Positions 42,400 to 58,475 of a stretch of 64,000 nt of DNA are shown here, one piece after another (position 1 is the stretch's first letter; every line of letters starts with the position of its first letter). The translations under genes were made by a program, and so were the position numbers. Source of the stretch: Eledone cirrhosa (taxonomy: Eukaryota); contig OZ024742.1 of the NCBI GenBank assembly GCA_964016885.1, positions 189,038,001 to 189,102,000 on the forward strand. The letters are read 5' to 3'. The notes under the pieces are model-generated. The model did no database searches, was not told the DNA's origin, and worked only from the letters and a program-made list of their open reading frames with translations.

Positions 42400-42671
42400 A
42401 CATAAGTATGTTGAATATGGATTCATAGAAGACTTTATCAAGTTACAGCAGACAAAATAGGGAATGTGATTTTTAAAAATTATATTACCTAAATAAAGAA
42501 CTTCAATTTCGTTGTCACTGGGGAACAGATACTTCCAACAGACGAGTTTTATTATTTTTGTTACCTAGATAATAAGATATTTATATTCTCGTCAAAACAG
42601 ACTTCTAGCTAATACAGAATCAAGCTTTTAGCTTCGTTACATGACTAGTAAAATGATCTGTTTAATATAGT

Positions 42672-42860
42672 GGTGGATTGGCAGTATCGGTAGAGGGTCG
42701 GACGCCATGCTTTGACGCATAGAGTTACGGCCCTTGCCATTCTCAGTTCAAATCCCGCCGAGGTTAACTTTGCCTTTCATCCTTACGGGGTCGATACAAT
42801 AACGTACCAGTAATACACTGGATAATTGCTGGCCTTTTGCCAAAAGTAGAAACAATTATT
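42672..42860 (+). mobile_element. tRNA/Meta SINE (short variant)
   Basis: Matches family consensus; ttaatata duplicated at flanks. Confidence 0.9.
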
Positions 42861-44133
42861 AATATAAAGCATTGGGAGATATGTAATAAATGACTGATAA
42901 GTATTTCAGAAAGCCGGTACAATGCAGTACAAATATATAAAGTGCAAAGGATGACAAATATAACAAATGTTTTTACGCAGTCTATTTTAACATACTATTT
43001 CGGAGTTGACACATTCATTTCAAATGCAAAAACAAAAGTGTTGCAAGACAAAACAAAAGATTGATGTGTCCCTCCTCCACTGGTCATTTTAATGTATATA
43101 CATGGTGTAGTTAGGGAAAGTTCTCTATAGGATTTTTTTCTTTTATTCCTCTACTTAATCAAAAATGAAAGGCCCGGACATATGATGCGTTTCAAGGCCA
43201 CTAAGACTAGTGTGAGTAAGGGTGGAAGGTATCCTTAAACCGGAGATTTAACATGAATAATTGAAACAGGGGCCAGATGGCATATGACTGAATTCCCTAT
43301 TATCAAACCTCTCAAGAAAACTCCGATGAGAATCAACGATATTCGAGACTGTCTAAACTATTATAGTTTTGAGTCGTATAAACAAGGGCTACATGGCTAG
43401 AGTTAAACCAGGTGATGGATTGAGTCTACCAACCAAGGCTAAATACATTATAACTTTTATTCAGTCGGCAACAATAAATGATTGACCTTGTCAGTTTACC
43501 ACCCACACATCTTAAGTATTAAGCGAACCTTAACGCCATATTTTCTAGATGGATGTAACCTAATTATTCGACGTTCATTTTAGTTTTAGCTCTAGAGGAT
43601 AATTATTTAGTAAATGCATTTTAAAAATAACTCATATACAGTATGTAATATTTAGCCAAAAGAAATAACAGATTTTGAGTAATTTCTGCCAAGAATAATC
43701 TTTAATAAGGTGATAATTGCCAAGCAAGTAATGAACGTTGTTCTTGTGAATGCATCAGGCTATGATTTCCACCCGCCCCTATATAAACGTGAGCCAACGA
43801 GGGATTATCTTCAGGGTCACTCGACGTGCTACGAATAAAAATCTCGTCTCAGATGGAGAAAAGAAAACATTCGACAATTTAGTTATAAATGCAGATAAAC
43901 ATAATAAGCGGCGTAACAAGCATGGAAGGAATTCATTTCATCATCTGCACGGATGATCAAAGTTATCCTGAAGCTAATCAACAACAGAATTCACACTCTA
44001 ATTTGCATCATAATAAATTAGAGACATGATGTACCGATCTTGTGAAATAATAGGTTTACGTAATAGTACCATGGTGGTTTCAGAGTAGATACGTAATACA
44101 CACGCGCACGAGCTTACATGGACAAACACACAG

Positions 44134-44213
<80 letters not shown>

Positions 44214-44328
44214 GCACACAAACACACACACACACACACATATGTACATCCAGAAGTTCCCTAGCAGCCGAAGTTATATATGTATAAAAGCAGACTATAT
44301 AAATTCATGCACATATCTAATTCATACA

Positions 44329-44374
44329 TACCTCCTGATGAAGATCCAATTAGATCTGAAAATCGAATAAAGAT
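44329..44374 (+). ncRNA. Minimal HHR with weak stem I
   Basis: CTGATGA-AGATC caatta GATCT-GAAA-ATCGAA-TA. Confidence 0.6.
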
Positions 44375-44547
44375 GTTTATCATTTTCTCAATTTACTGAG
44401 GAATATGTATTGTCTGGCGTGTCTACACGTCTACATATCAGATAAGTGTCTATATTTATGCACAATTTATGTACATTGCTGCAATCTCTTTTACACACTC
44501 AGTATTTATACAGATATAACATTAATATGGATATATGTACTCACATG

Positions 44548-44695
<148 letters not shown>

Positions 44696-44743
44696 CATGT
44701 TTATATATGTATATATATATATATGTGTGTATATGTATATATA

Positions 44744-44804
<61 letters not shown>

Positions 44805-44819
44805 ATATATATATATATA

Positions 44820-44850
<31 letters not shown>

Positions 44851-44933
44851 TTATACACATGTTTATATATGTATATATATATATATATGTGTGTGTATAT
44901 ATATATATATGTGTGTGTATATATATATATATT

Positions 44934-44967
<34 letters not shown>

Positions 44968-45092
44968 TAGGTAGATAGATATAGATATAGATATAGATAT
45001 ATATGCATATACATATATACAGTATATGCATTTACATACACATATATATATATATATGTCCGTGTGTGTGTGTATGTGTGTATATATATATA

Positions 45093-45182
<90 letters not shown>

Positions 45183-45188
<6 letters not shown>

Positions 45189-45420
45189 ATATTAACAAAT
45201 GGAGACTATATTTATAAAACCATATTTATTTCATTATACATATTTCAAGGGCCACCAGAGCAGACTATGGTGCGCTTTCATCAGATAAAATATAATATAG
45301 GTTAGTTTTAAAAATAAATATTGACATACCCTTAAAAAATGCAACCATTCTGGTTGGAATCTCCTGGATATATATATTTTGCTTGTTGTATCCCAACAAA
45401 TTAAATATAACCTCTACATA
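45183..45420 (-). mobile_element. Diverged F2 subfamily with HHR at 45228-45291
   Basis: Minus strand: attttat-CTGATGA-aag..cacca/tggtg..ctt-GAAA-TATGTA-TA-atgaaat; inverted tail fragment at 45365-45418. Confidence 0.8.
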
Positions 45421-45436
45421 TATATATATATATATA

Positions 45437-45876
45437 TACGATATTAAATAAATGGAAACTATATTTATAAAACCATATTTATTTCATTATATATATTTCA
45501 GGGATATCATATTAAAAATATGGTATGCCTTCATCAGACAAAATACAATATAAACAGTCTTATAAATAGATAGATTTGACATACCTTACACTTCAACTTC
45601 CATTTAAAAAGTTGATTTTTAAATGGAAGTTGAAGTGTAAGGTATGTCAAATCTATCTATTTATAAGACTGTTTATATTGTATTTTGTCTGATGAAGGCA
45701 TACCATATTTTTAATATGATATCCCTGAAATATATATAATGAAATAAATATGGTTTTATAAATATAGTTTCCATTTATTTAATATCGTAAATATACTCCA
45801 AATACTTGTTGAGTGCTTTTATATCAGTTATAAATATTTACTCGTTGTAACCCAACAATTTAAATAAAACTTTCCA
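45437..45876. mobile_element. Fold-back mini-element F2, mirror orientation; HHRs at 45481-45544 (minus) and 45682-45745 (plus)
   Basis: Perfect arms around loop gttga; CTGATGA on both arms; tail on the right. Confidence 0.9.
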
Positions 45877-45892
45877 TATATATATATATATA

Positions 45893-46095
45893 TAGGAACG
45901 AGTAGGACCCCGACGGCTGAGCTCAAGCCGTTTCGCCGGCTAATTCTGGACTAAATTTTAGTCCTGAATTAGCCGTCGAAACGGCTTGAGCTCAGCCGTC
46001 GGGGTCCTACTCGTTCCTATTACCCACTCTACTACCCTAAGTATTGAGTACTTTGGTGCGTTATGGTCCACCTGGATCCTTACCACATTTCATTC

Positions 46096-46100
<5 letters not shown>
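45893..46100. mobile_element. Short F3 fold-back (3' half of HHR only)
   Basis: Inverted arms taggaacgag...ctcgttccta plus F3 tail. Confidence 0.85.
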
Positions 46101-46169
<69 letters not shown>

Positions 46170-46173
<4 letters not shown>

Positions 46174-46850
46174 CGTCCGAGATACTCGTAGGGGCGGAAG
46201 TAGTCCTTTTGGAAGGGATAGTTTCCATTGGTAAGGTGGTCAATCAGCTGCCAAAACCCTCTAAGTGGTGGGGTTAGCCATACCGTGGCTGCTGATGCGC
46301 AGACATGTGCTGAGACTATGCCTCTCCAAGTGAATAGGTGTGTTTGCGGTTCGTAAGACAGGTCTTTCCGGAGCTCATCTTTTTGACTGAGCTGCTATCG
46401 TAAGCCAAAGGAAGACCGACACTAGCCGCCTGGCCTCTGAAATGTTGTGAGGCGCTCACAGCCCACCACCAGTCTGGCAATACGTTCAGTGGAAATTCTA
46501 CTCTAGCATTGTATAGAGAACTAGTGATCGGCGACTTCCTCGACATTCTTTGAGAAACTCTTGGCGTCGACGAAATTGAGTTAACCAGTCTATTCCCAGA
46601 GAACTTTCGAGCCGGTTACTATGGACAATTTCAAGAAGTTCCTGGCATGGCTCTGTTGCCGATGAGGGGGTGGGGGCACTCTCAGTTCAAAACAAACTCT
46701 ACTGGCACAGAAGTTATGACACACGGACCTGTCCTAGATGAGCGCAGAGTGATGAATCCGTTCTGCACACGTTTGTCCAATGTACGAGCATTGCAGACTC
46801 GTGGTATTTCATTGAACAGCTATTATCGCGTTCCGTCTTGAAGATCTCCG
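46170..46850 (+). pseudogene. Tx1/L1-type non-LTR retrotransposon ORF2 C-terminal relic
   Basis: GLAIPWLLMRRHVLRL, NFKKFLAWLC, ALSVQNKL, TCPR*AQSDESVLHTFVQC (zf-RVT-like CCHC); frameshifted. Confidence 0.7.
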
Positions 46851-46859
46851 ATGTTAGCG

Positions 46860-47163
46860 TATAGGGTCGATGAAATACAGTACCAGTAACGCACTGGGGT
46901 GGTATTAATTCCCTTTCACTTCCCACAAAATTATTGGCCTTGTGCCTAAATCAGAAACCATTATTATTTGTAAAGGTGGATTGGCAGTTTGGGTAGAGAG
47001 ACGGACTCCATGCTTTCCAGCATAGTTACGTCCATTTACGATCTGAGTTCAAATCTCGCCGAGGTTGACTTTCCCTTTCACAGCCTTACGGGGTCGATAA
47101 AATAAAGTAGCAGTAATGCACTGGGTAATTGCTGGCCTTGTGCCTAATGTAGAAACAATTATT
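46860..47163 (+). mobile_element. Truncated long SINE followed by a full short SINE
   Basis: attattatttgtaaa duplicated around 46975-47160. Confidence 0.85.
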
Positions 47164-47569
47164 ATTTGTAAAAGTGTGTTTCAAATTTTCTTGTTTTTCC
47201 TGGGGTATTGTTTGTAGATATTGTTTTATAAAATATATATTTATTGCGACTTTTTTAATGACTGTTATTTTTTGGTTTCTTTCTCTCCTTCAGTTCCTTG
47301 ACTATACAGTTTCACACCCACCCACTCGCATTCCCACACACAATGACAAACAACCTTTCCTCTAAACAAACATCTATTTATTCCTTTTATTTTTATATTT
47401 TTTTGGAGTGAAAATGGATCTGCTCTCCAAACGTCCTTCCTCGGGGCTGTCTGTCGAGTTTCATCATTAGATTAAAAACCAAAAAAACTTCATATTTCAA
47501 GAACAGAAGCCAAATAAGGGTGTAAAATAGAATAATATTATGTGAATAAAATAAAGTAATAGAGTAACT

Positions 47570-49060
47570 GAGAGAGAGAGGGTGTGAGATGAGAAGAGAA
47601 GAGGAGAGAGAAGGGAAGAAAAGGGAGTAGGGGAGGAGAGGAGAGAGAGAAGGGGAGAAAAGAAGAGAGGAAAAAGAGTGAGTGAGAGAGAGAGGGGGGT
47701 GGTGGGAGTGAGAGAGGGTGTGAGATGAGACGAGAAGAGGAGAGAGAAGGGAAGAAAAGAGCGTAGGGGAGGAGAGGAGAGAGAGAAGGGAAGAAAAGCG
47801 GGTAGGGGAGGAGAGGAGAGCGAGAAGGGAAGAAAAGAAGAGAGGAGAGAGAGTGAGAGAGAGAGAGAGAGAAGGGTGGAGGGAGGGAGAGAGGGTGTGA
47901 GATGAGAAGAGAAGAGGAGAGAGAAGGGAAGAAAAGAGGGTAGAGGAGGAGAGGAGAGAGATAAGGGAAGAAAAGAAGAGAGGAAAGAGAGTGAGAGAAA
48001 GAGAGAGAGAGAGACAGAAGGGAGGAATAGGATGATCAGAAAAGGAGAGTGAGAGAGCGGAGAGAAAGATATACTAAGTGAAATCAATAGAAATGCACTT
48101 TATATATTTTTGGAGGGTCGTCAAGAAAGGTGTACAGAGGCATGGGTGTTATATTTACTGTTGGTCTTATTATTGTTGTTGTTTTTTTCTTGGGGGTGGG
48201 GGTGGGGCGTTGATTGGTGTGCATGTGTGCGTGTGTGTTAATGCGTGTGTTTGGGTGTGTGTGTTGATGGGTGTTTGTGAGTGTCCGTGAGTATATGTGT
48301 TGATTCGTGAGTATGTGTTTGTGTGTGTTAAAGGGTGTGCGTGTGTTTGTGTGTGTTGATGGGTCTGTTTGTATGTTTGTGTGTGTCTGTGTGTTGAAGG
48401 GTGTGTATATGTGTGTGTGTGTTACTTGATGGCTGTGTGTGTGTTGATGTGTGTGTGTGTGTGTGTGTGTGTGTATTAATGGATGTGTGTGTGTTTGTGT
48501 GTGTTGATGGGTCTGATTGTGTGTGTGTGTGTGTGTTTGTGTGTGTGTGCACGTTGATGGGTGTGTATGTTTGTGTATGTGTGTGTTGAAGGGTGTGTAT
48601 GTTTGGGTGTGTTATTTGATGGATGGGTGTGTGTTGATGTGTGTGTGTGTGTGTATGTTTGCGTGTGTTTGTTGATGGGTGTATGCGTTTGTTTGTGCGT
48701 CTGTGTGTGTGTGTGTGCGTTAATGAGTGTCTATATTTTGTTGTGTGTGCATGTGTGTTTTTGGATGTGTGTGACTCTGTGTGTGTATGTGTCGTTGTGT
48801 GTGTTTGTATGTGTGTTGACGGATGTGTGTATTTCTGTGTACGTGTGCTTGTGTGCCTCAATCTCTCTGTATGTGTGTATGTGTTGTCCTGTGTGTTGGT
48901 GTGTATGTTGCTGGATGTGTGTATTTATGTGTGCCTGTATTTCTGCGTCTCAATCTCTCTCTGCATGTGTGTTTCTGTGTATATATGTATTGAATGGTGT
49001 GTATGTCCCTGTGTGTATGTCACTGTGTGTATGTCACTGTGTGTATGTCACTGTGTGTCT
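47570..49060. repeat. GA-rich ~170-bp tandem block (47570-48060) and degenerate TG-rich block (48200-49060)
   Basis: Direct inspection. Confidence 0.8.
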
Positions 49061-49221
49061 TTTGTGTTTCTCATCTCGCCTTGCCATGCTGTTGATGACA
49101 TTGAGCCACAAAAGACGGTTGCTGTTTTCAATGCAGGTATAAATGTTGTTTACGTTGTTCTTGTTGTTATAGTATATACTGCTCCAAGGTAATATGGCGG
49201 TCGTCGCAGTGGTAATACCAA

Positions 49222-49407
49222 TAATTATTTCTACACTTGGCACAAGGCCAGCAATTACCCAGTACATTACTGGTACTTTATTTTATCGACCCCGTAAGGA
49301 TGAAAGGCAAAGTCAACCTCGGCGGGATTTGAACTCAGATCGTAAAGGGACGTAACTATGCTGGAAAGCATGGCGTCCGACCCTCTACCAATACTGCCAA
49401 TCCACCA
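49222..49407 (-). mobile_element. tRNA/Meta SINE with TSD
   Basis: tggtaataccaataat at 49211 and 49409. Confidence 0.9.
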
Positions 49408-49444
49408 TTGGTAATACCAATAATAGTTCTAATTATTTTTCTGT

Positions 49445-49630
49445 TGGCAAGGGCCGTAACTCTATGCGTCGGACGTCATGCTTTGACGCATAGAGTTACG
49501 GCCCTTGCCATTCTCAGTTCAAATCCCGCCGAGGTTAACTTTGGCTTTCATCCTTACGGGGTTGATAAAATAAAGTACCAGTAATACACTGGGTGTTTGC
49601 TGGCCTTGTGCTAAAAGTAGAAACAATTAT
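49445..49630 (+). mobile_element. SINE with 5' inversion
   Basis: 49445-49470 is the reverse complement of 49485-49510; aattatttttctgttg duplicated at 49431 and 49625. Confidence 0.85.
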
Positions 49631-49660
49631 TTTTCTGTTGTGTTTGTGGTTGGGATACCT

Positions 49661-49724
<64 letters not shown>

Positions 49725-49777
49725 CAGTAGCAGCAACAGTAGCTCTAGTACTATTACTATTACTATTATTATTATTT

Positions 49778-50170
49778 TGGCAGTTGTCGGTCGAGCGCCG
49801 GACAACATGCTTTGTAGCAGAGATTTACGACGTTTTACGTTCTGCGTTTAATTCCCCCTGGGGTTAGCTTCGCCTTTCTTCCTTACGGGGTCGATAAAAT
49901 AAAGGACCAGTAACGTACTGGAGTCGATTTAATGGACTCTCCCCCCCCCCCAAAAAAAAAAAACAATTGATGGCCTTGATAAGAAACCATTATTAGTAAT
50001 GCACTGGGCGGTGGATTGGCAGTATCAGCATAGTTACGTCCCTTTACGGTCTGAGTTCACATCCCGCCGAGGTTGTCTTTGCCTTTCATCCTTACGGGGT
50101 CGATAAAGTAAAAGTACCAGTAATGAACTGGGGTAATTGCTGTCCCTGTGCCAAAAGTAGAAACAATTAT
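49778..50170 (+). mobile_element. Long SINE (49778-49995) followed by short SINE (50008-50170)
   Basis: Family consensus; (TAT)n and (TAG)n expansions nearby. Confidence 0.8.
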
Positions 50171-50188
50171 TATTATTATTATTATTAA

Positions 50189-50248
<60 letters not shown>

Positions 50249-50262
50249 CATAGCAGCAACTT

Positions 50263-50313
<51 letters not shown>

Positions 50314-50599
50314 CAGCAGTAGTAGTACGGGCAGTAATAGTAGCAGAGGTAGTGGTTTCATGTGAGATGGTAGTACTCAGTGTAGTTATATAGTAGTGGT
50401 AGGAAGAATGACCTACAGAAGATGGCTGCTGTGATAGTTCGTTTTTCTTTTCTGGCTAAGTGAGACAAATGTGTTAGCGGTGGTGGTGATGGAAGAGAAG
50501 ATAATGGTGACGGTGTTGTTGGGTCTAGAGTTTGATGGGGCAGTGGGGATAGAAATGGCGGTGGTATTCTTGGGTGATGGTAAAACGATATAACACTAA

Positions 50600-50785
50600 C
50601 AGCGGGGTGGACACACAAAGATGAATGTATCCTGAGACCTCCAAAGAGGGTTCGGAAGGGAGCAAACCTTGACAATGGGAACCTGGAACATTCTGGCCTC
50701 CATGAGACTCTCAGGGAATAGGTGGATGATGATGAAGATGAAGAAGAAGAAGAAGAAGAAGAAGAAGAAGAAGAAGAAGAAGAAT
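50600..50785 (+). mobile_element. Possible RTE-type relic with (GAA)n tail
   Basis: Encodes LTMGTWNIL, resembling the AP-endonuclease first motif; very short. Confidence 0.3.
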
Positions 50786-51157
50786 TGATGAGGGCGGTGG
50801 CGTTTGCCGTCCTCATGAAAGTGGTGTTGGTGGTATTGGTTCTGTTAGTGGTGGTACGGTAGTAGTACTGTTGTGGTGTTGATGCAGCGTTGTATTTGAT
50901 GAGATGAGGCGTAACGTTGGCGGTGATGATGGGGGAGGGGTAATGGTTTTGTTGTTGTCGATGGTGATCATGGGGGTGGTGGTGGTGGTGGTGGTGTGAA
51001 AGGAAGGGGCAGATAATCCATTGGACACATTTACATAATATCATCTAACATAATACAATAGATTCATGTAATCCAATACCAAACAGATATAGACATAAGA
51101 ATGGAAACCTTCACACGTCCTGTATTATTGTTTTATTTTTGTTTTTATCTTATTGCT

Positions 51158-52436
51158 GATGATGATGGTGGTGGTAGTGATGATGGTGGTGGTAGTGATG
51201 GTGGTGGTAGTGATGGTGGTGGTGGTAGTGATGGTGGTGGTAGTGATGGTGGTGGTAGTGATGATGATGGTGATAGTGATGGTGGTGGTAGTGATGGTGG
51301 TGGTAGTGATGATGGTGGTGGTAGTGATGGTGGTGGTAGTGATGATGGTGGTGGTAGTGATGGTGGTGGTAGTGATGATGGTGGTGGTAGTGATGGTGGT
51401 GGTAGTGATGGTGGTGGTGAGGGTGGTGGTTACCATGATGGTGATTTTCGTGATGGTTGTGGTGTTGGTGGCGGTAGTGATGATGGTGGTGGTAGTGATG
51501 GTGGTAGTAGTGATGATGGTGGTAGTGATGGTGGTGGTAGTGATGGTGGTGGTGGTAGTGATGGTGATGGTAGTGATGGTGGTAGTAGTGATGATGGTGG
51601 TAGTGATGATGGTGGTAGTGATGGTGGTGGTAGTGACGGTGGTGGTAGTGATGATGGTGGTGGTGATGGTGGTGGTAGTTTATGGTGGTGGTAGTGATGG
51701 TGGTGGTAGTGATGGTGGTGGTGGTAGTGATGGTGATGGTAGTGATGGTGGTAGTAGTGATGATGGTGGTAGTGATGATGGTGGTAGTGATGGTGGTGGT
51801 AGTGACGGTGGTGGTAGTGATGATGGTGGTGGTGATGGTGGTGGTAGTTTATGGTGGTGGTAGTGATGGTGGTGGTAGTGATGATGGTGGTAGTGATGGT
51901 GGTGTTAGTGATGGTGGTGGTAATGATAGTGGTGGTAGTGATGGTGGTGGTAGTGATGGTGATGGTAGTGATGGTGGTGGTAGTGATGGTGGTGGTAGTG
52001 ATGATGGTGGTGATGATGGTGGTGGTTTTGATGGTGGTGGTAGTGATGGTGGTAGTAGTGATGGTGTTAGTGATGGTGGTGGTGGTGATGGTGGTGGTAG
52101 TTGTGATGGTGGTGTTAGTGATGGTGGTAGTAGTGATGGTGGTAGTGATGGTGGTGTAGTGATGGTGGTGGTACTGATGGTGGTAGTGATGGTGGTGTAG
52201 TGATGGTGGTGGTGGTTGTGATGGTGGTGGTGGTTGTGATGGTGGTGGTAGTGATGGTGGTAGCAGTGATGTGGTAGTGATGTTGGTGTAGTGATGGTGG
52301 TGGTGGTTGTGATGGTGGTGGTGGTTGTGATGGTGGTGGTAGTGATGGTGGTAGCAGTGATGGTGGTAGTGATGTTGGTGTAGTGATGGTGGTGGTGGTT
52401 GTGATGGTGGTGGTAGTGATGGTGGTGGTAGTGATG
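51158..52436. repeat. Compound (GGT/GAT/AGT)n trinucleotide repeat with ~170-bp internal duplication
   Basis: Direct inspection; frame broken at agtttatgg (about 51678 and 51847). Confidence 0.9.
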
Positions 52437-52447
52437 CGATTCTTTAC

Positions 52448-52630
52448 ATGGCAGTATCGGTAGAGCGTCGGACAACTTACTTTGCAGCATAGAGTTACGG
52501 TCCTTTATGATCGGAGTTCAAATGCCGCCGGGGATAACTTTGCCTTTCAACCTTACGGAGTCGATGAAATTAAGTACCAGTAATACGCTGTAGTAATTGC
52601 TGGCCTTGTGTCAAAAGTAGAATCAATTAT
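52448..52630 (+). mobile_element. tRNA/Meta SINE
   Basis: Matches family consensus. Confidence 0.85.
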
Positions 52631-53091
52631 TTTTCATATTCCGTTTCTTCTTCTTCTTCTTCTTCTTCTTCTTCTTCTTCTTCTTCTTCTTCTTCTTCTT
52701 CTTCTTCTTCTTCTTCTTCTTCTTCTTCTTCTTCTTCTTCTTCTTCTCCTTCTTCTTCACTATTGCTATATCAGCTGTTTACCTTAGCTTTTTCCCCTTC
52801 CTATTTCAAGATGTAAAATCCATTTCATGTTATGTTCTTTTGGGGTTAATTTCTTCTTGGGTTTATGTTCACATCACACTTCTTAAACTTCTAGCTGTTC
52901 CTAGAAGTTTCGTTTTCCGGTGGAATGCTACCTTCACCAGGATCTCAAGTTTTTCTATACATTTTTCTATGTTCTTGGTATCACAATCAAAGCATCTTTT
53001 ACATGTTCCATATTTTTGGGAGTTCAAGTCTAAAGCTCTGGTACTTAACCTTCTCTGTTTTTTTCGTGTGGGTGGATCATATCATTTACAG

Positions 53092-53412
53092 CAGGGGCAT
53101 GCAACAGGCGGTTCGTGGGCCACAATCCGTCCCGCCGCCAGTCAGAGGGGCCTGCGCTAACCGTTTTTTTTTAATTTTAACCTTGTAGGCTTACTTAGAA
53201 TGTTTTTCGTAACTGTAATACAATTTTCTATTAGTTGACCTATACTAAAGTGCTTCACTGATAGTGTTATGTGTGTTATAACTTCCCAGTTCCATGTTAT
53301 GGAAAGAAGTTTTGGTGAATCTTTGGAATAGTGGTTAATAAATATTAATGGGCCTAATAGTTGTTCCAATTTTGAAAAATGGCCCGCTATTGGAATATGT
53401 TGCACACCCCTG
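53092..53412. mobile_element. hAT (Charlie-like) MITE
   Basis: TIRs caggggcatgcaaca / tgttgcacacccctg; subterminal gggcc/ggcccgc; TSD degenerate. Confidence 0.7.
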
Positions 53413-53499
53413 CTTTGATATATCCTCTCTCTTTTTTCTAACACAACTAAGCCAAATCGCCTTGTGTTAATATAGTATCGCACTGTATAGTCATGTCTC

Positions 53500-54640
<1,141 letters not shown>

Positions 54641-54656
54641 TATATATATATATATA

Positions 54657-54812
54657 TAGGAGAAAGTATGACCCCGACGGCACAGCCGTCGAAACAGCTT
54701 GAATTCTGCCGTCGGGGTCATACTTTCTCCTATTACCCACTCTACTACCCGAAGTATTGAGTACTCTGGTGCGTCATGGTCCACCTGGCTCCTTACCACA
54801 ACTCCTCCGTTA
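54657..54812. mobile_element. Very short F3 fold-back
   Basis: taggagaaagtatgaccccgacggca / tgccgtcggggtcatactttctccta plus tail. Confidence 0.85.
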
Positions 54813-55149
54813 TATATATATATATATTGGGAGGGGGCTAATTCAGACCATTCGTAGTGATGTGACACATTCTTGTTCACCTCCCCACATAGTCTACATA
54901 AGGGTGAATCTACAGTTGTTTTATTTATTTTATTTTATTTTTTTATTAAATTGGTTCTTATTGGCTCTTGTATGAACTACTCTGGGCCTATACAAGGGCT
55001 CTTCGGTAGACTCCATTATAAAATCTACAGAGGATGCCGTCCTAATAAATGGCCGTTATCCTGGCCCCAATGTCTCTAGGAACTCAAAAATAACCTATAT
55101 ATGTTGTAGTTGTGTGTGTGTAATGATTCCAGTTCAGCCATGGTGGTGG

Positions 55150-55290
55150 TGGTGGTGGTGGCTAAAATAGCCCTGCTTTCAGGTCTGAGATTATGGACAA
55201 TTTCCAAACATCATTGGCATGACAGTGCTACAGTGGGAGAATTACCAGTTCGAGACAAGCTCCAGAGCCAAGTAACTCTGTGGGGTTTTA
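55150..55290 (+). pseudogene. Second Tx1/L1 relic
   Basis: DNFQTSLA*QCYSGELPVRDKL, homologous to 46622-46705. Confidence 0.55.
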
Positions 55291-55489
55291 TACATGTTTA
55301 TTAAGTGACATTTTCTGAAATATACAGTACAGCTATATCAGCTTACATCACCTTACAAATGAATGCCCAAGTGTAACATTCGGAAGCAAATGAAACTAAA
55401 TTTTTACTCATATACTTTTGTTTATTAGAAACAAACATCAATGATTGACAAATGAAAACTTAAAGTTGATTTTGTATGGAAATTTATTC

Positions 55490-56075
55490 TGTACATCATT
55501 CCCCTTAGCTTTGTCGATCGATAAATCTCCGGTGGTTTCGAGTACGAGTGTTTCAGTAGTTCTATCAACAGAACAGCCTCCTCATGAAATTAGCGTGTAA
55601 GTGGCTGAGCAGTCCACAGACACGAGTATTCTTAACACACTTCTCAGAGAGATTCAGCATAATGTAGTGCAGGCATATCAAACTGAAGGTCCCCCGAGGA
55701 CCACATGGGTCACATATGTGTTGTCTGAAGGTCACACAAGACAACTAATTGCGCACATTACAACTAACTTTTTTTTATTTTATATTACGAAGATAAAATA
55801 TGCTCGCGCTGTAAAAACCTTTGTGCGGGCCACAGGTGTGCTTGTAAAGGGCCGCATGTTTGACATGCCTGATGTAGTGTATGACAAGGGTGGGCTTTTG
55901 AATTATAAGTACAGACAAACAGACGGTCTTCTAAACAATTTCCGTCTATCCGGTTTCACTCACAAGGCTTGGCAATGAAACTTGCACAAGATGGCAAGCC
56001 GTCGAATTGAATTTGAGGCCTTCATGATTGCGAATCGAACTCCGCAATGATTCTGTCATACTACATCCACTCTCG
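55490..56075 (-). mobile_element. Older tRNA-headed SINE interrupted by a hAT MITE
   Basis: Degenerate tRNA-like head at 55975-56065 on the minus strand; body continuous across the MITE. Confidence 0.55.
55670..55871. mobile_element. hAT MITE with perfect 8-bp TSD
   Basis: TIRs caggcatatcaaac / gtttgacatgcctg; ATGTAGTG at 55662-55669 and 55872-55879. Confidence 0.92.
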
Positions 56076-56171
56076 GGTCTGTAAATAACTGGTGCGTATT
56101 TTTTTTTTTTTTTTTTATATTGTTTATAATTTATTCGTTGAGTTATAAACATTTATATGCTCGCTAGGGAA

Positions 56172-56601
<430 letters not shown>

Positions 56602-56622
56602 ATCATATATTAACTTATATAT

Positions 56623-57716
<1,094 letters not shown>

Positions 57717-57731
57717 CACACACACACACAC

Positions 57732-57770
<39 letters not shown>

Positions 57771-57777
<7 letters not shown>

Positions 57778-58123
57778 AAAAAGGGATGAAATCGAAAATG
57801 CAACTGAAGTCTTATTTTTTTTTTAAATATATATATTTATTTGGTTCCTTTACCGGTTTCGCAGTTCTTCTGCTTTTCAAAAGGTGAGTTGAGATGGAGG
57901 GTCTGTGGTTTTTCTCACATGTGAGAAAAACCACAGACCCTCCATCTCAACTCACCTTTTGAAAAGCAGAAGAACTGCGAAACCGGTAAAGGAACCAAAT
58001 AAATATATATATTTTAAAAAGAAATAAGACTTCAGTTGCATTTTCGATTTCATCCCTTTTTCTTTATACTTACACTCGTGTAGGACACCTCGGTTATTTT
58101 TCATTTTGTAAAAAAAACCTCAC

Positions 58124-58131
<8 letters not shown>
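57771..58131. mobile_element. F4 loopless palindrome with U3-A8 HHRs at 57847-57884 (minus) and 57955-57992 (plus)
   Basis: Centre ctcaca|tgtgag at 57919/57920; CCTT-TTGAAAA-GCAG aagaa CTGC-GAAA-CCGG-TA-AAGG. Confidence 0.92.
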
Positions 58132-58171
<40 letters not shown>

Positions 58172-58203
58172 AGATCAAAAGATGGTTAAAAGAGTACCAA
58201 GTC

Positions 58204-58271
58204 TTTTATTATGCGCATTTCAAAAAACAAATATCAGCATGGGATGATATCTGCGTTTTCATCAGATAAAA
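58204..58271 (-). ncRNA. Minimal HHR
   Basis: Minus strand: ttttat-CTGATGA-aaac gcagatatca/tgatatttgt-GAAA-TGCGCA-TA-ataaaa. Confidence 0.8.
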
Positions 58272-58332
58272 TAGGGATACATGATATGAAGCTTAAAAAC
58301 ACTTGTGAATAGTGAAGTTTTAAATCAACATA

Positions 58333-58475
<143 letters not shown>

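Noticed and set aside
43318-43375. CCGATGA-GAAT..ATTC-GAGA HHR-like fold
   Set aside because: Two core mismatches and poor stem I
46730-46745. TGA at a conserved Cys as possible selenocysteine
   Set aside because: Lies in a multiply frameshifted Tx1 relic; a simple nonsense mutation is more likely
49068-49142. Possible short exon ending CAG|GTATAA
   Set aside because: No acceptor AG, weak donor and no recognisable peptide
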